DNA of 64,000 nucleotides. Origin: OCS116 cluster bacterium AG-390-I16 (GTDB lineage: Bacteria; Pseudomonadota; Alphaproteobacteria; MED-G09). Location: positions 304-64,303 of the forward strand of contig QCGZ01000005.1 in assembly GCA_003279705.1 (NCBI GenBank), written 5' to 3'. The notes beneath the pieces were generated by a model that was not told the DNA's origin, made no database searches, and saw only the letters and a list, made by a program, of their open reading frames with translations. A program made the position numbers and the translations under genes. Position 1 is the stretch's first letter; each line of letters starts with the position of its first letter. This document shows positions 60,856 to 64,000 of this stretch, piece after piece.

Positions 60856-61827
60856 ATGACAAAGTATGAATATGTTTGGTTGGATGGTTATCAACCAGAA
60901 CCATTTTTAAGAAGCAAGGTTAAAGTTACCAGTGATCAAACACCACCAGAATGGTCATTTGATGGTTCATCAACTCTTCAAGCAGATGGTGGAAGCTCTG
61001 ATTGTATTCTTATTCCAGTTCAAGAATATACCAACCCTCTTTTTGGTGATAAACTTGTAATGTGTGGGGTTCAAAATGGTTCCAGAGAAGTACATCCATC
61101 AAATACTAGGCATGCAGCAGCTGAAGTTGCATCAGAAGAATGGTGGTTTGGCTTTGAACAAGAGTATTTTTTAACTAACCCTGATGGAACTATTTTAGGA
61201 TGGGAAGATGGTATTCCATCTAAACCACAAGGTGAATATTATTGTGGTGTTGGCGCTGCCAATGTTAAAGGTAGAGAGATTTCTGAAGCTCATCTCGAAG
61301 CATGTATTGAAGCAGGAATTGAATTAACAGGAACAAATGCTGAAGTTGCACTAGGTCAATGGGAATATCAGTGTCTTGGCAAAGGTGTTAAAGCTGGTGA
61401 TGATTTATGGATGAGTCGTTATTTATTGCATAAAGTAGCTGAAGATTTTGATGTTTCTGTAAATATTCATCCAAAACCCCAATCAGGTGACTGGAACGGA
61501 TCAGGTATGCATACAAATTTCTCAAATAAAGAGATGAGAGAGAGTGGTTCTGAGGAACTATTTAAATCAATGTGCGAAAAACTTGGTACTGTTCATCAAG
61601 ATGCAATTAGTAATTATGGATCTGATAATGATCAAAGACTTACAGGCCTGCATGAAACTCAAAAAATAACTGAGTTTTCTTACGGTGTTAGTGATAGAGG
61701 TGCAAGTATTCGTATCCCAATATACACAGTAGAACACAATTGGAATGGATATTTAGAAGATAGAAGACCTGCCTCTAATGCAGACCCATATAAAATAATA
61801 AATCATATAATTAGCACACTTAACTAA
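60856..61827 (+). CDS. glnII: glutamine synthetase type II (eukaryote-like GSII)
   Basis: 323 aa. Starts MTKYEYVWLDG.., with GFEQEYF, NAEVALGQWEYQ and NGSGMHTNFS motifs typical of GSII rather than the about 470-aa GSI. Confidence 0.9.
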   Translation: MTKYEYVWLDGYQPEPFLRSKVKVTSDQTPPEWSFDGSSTLQADGGSSDCILIPVQEYTNPLFGDKLVMCGVQNGSREVHPSNTRHAAAEVASEEWWFGFEQEYFLTNPDGTILGWEDGIPSKPQGEYYCGVGAANVKGREISEAHLEACIEAGIELTGTNAEVALGQWEYQCLGKGVKAGDDLWMSRYLLHKVAEDFDVSVNIHPKPQSGDWNGSGMHTNFSNKEMRESGSEELFKSMCEKLGTVHQDAISNYGSDNDQRLTGLHETQKITEFSYGVSDRGASIRIPIYTVEHNWNGYLEDRRPASNADPYKIINHIISTLN

Positions 61828-61850
61828 TTAATTTTAATACTTTTGTTTTG

Positions 61851-61880
61851 AAAAATAGCCTTCTTTGAAGGCTATTTTTT
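61851..61880 (+). terminator. rho-independent terminator after glnII
   Basis: A 13-bp stem AAAAATAGCCTTC / GAAGGCTATTTTT with a 3-nt loop, followed by a T-run, 24 nt after the glnII stop. Confidence 0.75.
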
Positions 61881-61942
61881 TATTATTTATACGAATCGTA
61901 TAATTGTTATTTTTAATTAGTGTTATTTTTAAGGATAAATTT

Positions 61943-63883
61943 TTGCCAAGCAAAGAGACATATGATGCATCTGATATCGAAGTTTTAGAAGGACTAGAAC
62001 CCGTAAGAAAACGACCAGGAATGTACATTGGGGGAACTGATAGAAATGGAATGCATCATCTTTTTTCAGAAATTATTGATAATTCAATGGATGAGGCAGT
62101 TGCTGGTCATGCAAACAAGATTAGTGTTGAAATTTTAGAAAATAATATAATCACCATCTTTGATAATGGTAGAGGGATACCAATTGATAAACACCCTAAA
62201 TTTCCAAGAAAATCTGCTCTAGAGGTAATTTTAACAACTCTTCATGCAGGAGGAAAATTTAATAATAAAGTTTATAAAACATCAGGAGGTCTTCATGGTG
62301 TTGGCATTAGTGTTGTGAATGCTTTATCAGAATTTTTAAATATTGAAGTTTACAGAGATAAAAATATTTACTCGCAAGATTTTGAAAAAGGAATACCTCA
62401 AGGAAAACTATTTAAATTAAATCATAAAACTAATAAAAGAGGAACTAAAGTAACCTTTAAACCAGATGAAAGCATATTTGATAAAAATATAAACTTTAAT
62501 ATCAAAAGGCTTTATGAGTTTTGTAAATCTAAGGCATATTTATTTGCCGGAACAGAAATTAAATGGGTTTGTAATGATAAATTAGCATTAGAAAATAATA
62601 TTCCTAATTCAGAAATATTTAATTTTTCAAATGGCCTAGAAGATTATCTCAATAATGAAATTGAACCCTCTTCATTTATTGGTAAGGATTGTTTCTCAGG
62701 AAAAAAAGAAAAGGATGATAATAATAACTCAGTAGAATGGGCAGTTAATTGGACAATTAATTCTGAAGGATTCTTAAAATCTTTCTGTAACACTGTTCCA
62801 ACACCTGATGGTGGAACACATGAAATGGGTTTAAAAAGTGGTCTTTTAAAAGCTTTAAAATCACATTCAGATAGAATTGGAAATAAAAAAGGATCGTCAA
62901 TAAATTCTGAAGATTTGTCAAAATCAATGGTTTGCGTTGTTTCCCTTTTTATACCTGATCCAAAGTTTCAAGGTCAAACTAAAGATAAATTATCAAACGC
63001 TTCTGCACAAAAATTTATTGAAAATATTATAAAAGATAGATTTGAGAACTGGTTATCGAACTCGCCACATCAAGCTGAAAAATTACTAGAGTGGATAATA
63101 AGTTTTACCGAAGAAAGATTAAGAAGAAGAAAAGAAAAAGAAACTTCAAGAAAAACAGCTACAAGAAAAATTAGACTCCCAGGAAAACTTTCTGATTGTT
63201 CGCAGGCATCAAAAGAAGGGACTGAATTATTTATTGTTGAAGGAGATAGTGCTGGAGGGTCAGCAAAACAAGCCAGGGATAGAAATTTTCAAGCAATACT
63301 TCCTTTAAGAGGTAAAATTCTAAATGTTGCTAATTCAAATCAAACAAAGATAAAAGAAAATCAACAAATAGCTGATCTAGTTCTTGCTTTAGGTTGTGGA
63401 TTAAGAGACGCATATAATGAAAATGATTTAAGATACGAAAAAATAATTATTATGACTGATGCTGATGTCGATGGAGCGCATATAGCATCTTTATTAATTA
63501 CTTTTTTTCATGAAGAAATGCCAAGAATTATTTCAAATGGAAAATTGTTTATTGCCGTACCTCCCCTTTATAAGTTATCCCAAGGTGGGAAGATATTTTA
63601 TGCAAGAGATGATGAGCATAGGGAATCTGTAATTGATAAAAACTTCAATAGGTCAAATAAAATTGAAATTAATCGCTTTAAAGGCCTAGGCGAAATGATG
63701 CCTTCACAGTTAAAAGAGACTACCATGATACCTGGCAATAGAACTCTTTTAAGAGTAATGATACCTGAGCATAAAAAAAATATCACGCAAAAAACTATTT
63801 CTAATTTAATGGGAAACAAACCAGAACTTAGATTTGAATTTATTCGAGAAAAGGCTAATCTAAGTAATAATTTAGTTTCGTAA
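61943..63883 (+). CDS. parE: DNA topoisomerase IV subunit B
   Basis: Motifs LEGLEPVRKRPGMYIGG, Toprim ELFIVEGDSAGGSAKQARDR and IIIMTDADVDGAHI. The about 646-aa length fits ParE, not the about 800-aa GyrB. The TTG at 61943 is preceded by AAGGA; the ORF-track ATG at 61904 is unlikely. Confidence 0.88.
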   Translation: MPSKETYDASDIEVLEGLEPVRKRPGMYIGGTDRNGMHHLFSEIIDNSMDEAVAGHANKISVEILENNIITIFDNGRGIPIDKHPKFPRKSALEVILTTLHAGGKFNNKVYKTSGGLHGVGISVVNALSEFLNIEVYRDKNIYSQDFEKGIPQGKLFKLNHKTNKRGTKVTFKPDESIFDKNINFNIKRLYEFCKSKAYLFAGTEIKWVCNDKLALENNIPNSEIFNFSNGLEDYLNNEIEPSSFIGKDCFSGKKEKDDNNNSVEWAVNWTINSEGFLKSFCNTVPTPDGGTHEMGLKSGLLKALKSHSDRIGNKKGSSINSEDLSKSMVCVVSLFIPDPKFQGQTKDKLSNASAQKFIENIIKDRFENWLSNSPHQAEKLLEWIISFTEERLRRRKEKETSRKTATRKIRLPGKLSDCSQASKEGTELFIVEGDSAGGSAKQARDRNFQAILPLRGKILNVANSNQTKIKENQQIADLVLALGCGLRDAYNENDLRYEKIIIMTDADVDGAHIASLLITFFHEEMPRIISNGKLFIAVPPLYKLSQGGKIFYARDDEHRESVIDKNFNRSNKIEINRFKGLGEMMPSQLKETTMIPGNRTLLRVMIPEHKKNITQKTISNLMGNKPELRFEFIREKANLSNNLVS

Positions 63884-63957
63884 AAAAAATTAAAATTTGT
63901 TTTTTTTATTTTTTTTTCATTATAAAGTTTAAACTGTTTTTTTCACTGGAGACAATT

Positions 63958-64000
63958 ATGCAAGAATTTAAAAAAGTAACTTTAGAAATAAATGATAATG
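63958..64000 (+). CDS. 5' end of an unidentified CDS running off the window
   Basis: An ATG preceded by GGAGA at 6-nt spacing. Open frame MQEFKKVTLEINDN to the window end. Too short to identify. Confidence 0.3.
   Translation, partial: MQEFKKVTLEINDN

Noticed and set aside
61904-61942. The ATG at 61904 as the parE start (ORF-track start).
   Set aside because: It adds 13 hydrophobic residues (MLFLISVIFKDKF) absent from ParE homologues, starts 24 nt after the glnII terminator, and has no SD. The TTG at 61943 has AAGGA at proper spacing and yields the expected N-terminus.

Overview
The window is a densely packed, very AT-rich stretch of core chromosome. By eye it is about 95% coding and roughly 30% GC (neither computed), and many gene junctions are only 0-4 nt. 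It looks like a streamlined marine alphaproteobacterium (SAR11/Pelagibacterales-like or HIMB59-like). That assignment is an inference from gene order and composition, not verified.

Gene order is the classic alphaproteobacterial one.
- Plus strand, left end: a truncated PpiD-like gene, trpE-trpG-trpD-trpC-moaC-moeA, lexA, gltX, gltA.
- Minus strand: lpxB-lpxI-lpxA-fabZ-lpxD-skp-bamA-rseP-dxr-cdsA-uppS-frr-pyrH-tsf-rpsB, then dnaE-lolD-lolC/E-proS, mce-rnj-birA and the complete 14-gene nuoA-N operon. These are followed by an aldehyde dehydrogenase, a small pocket (cupin on the plus strand, an ORF with a COQ4-type motif), tRNA-Asp, tRNA-Val, hupB-lon-clpX-clpP-tig, tRNA-Leu, and a GNAT / histidine-phosphatase / thiolase-like trio.
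- Plus strand, right end: glnB-glnII and parE.

I see no CRISPR array, transposase, integrase, prophage, or recognisable defence or toxin module. This is not an accessory island, and I cannot honestly point to a convincing novel multi-gene system.

The strongest directly visible anomaly is that gltX, lpxI and dnaE are each split into two overlapping ORFs by one extra A/T in a homopolymer. Two of the three are the identical event, TTT-TTA-ATT becoming T7-AATT. This is either homopolymer sequencing error or genuine frameshifts that need slippage to be expressed.

Secondary observations:
- a 33-bp palindrome carrying two LexA boxes upstream of lexA
- a sigma-54-type -24/-12 element in front of glnB, which is followed by a type II rather than type I glutamine synthetase
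- sigma-32-like promoters upstream of lon and clpP
- a small ORF with a COQ4-like HDxxH-x11-E motif
- an atypical 510-aa thiolase-like protein
- convergent genes whose stop codons abut

All calls come from reading the translations and sequence by eye. No searches or folding calculations were run.
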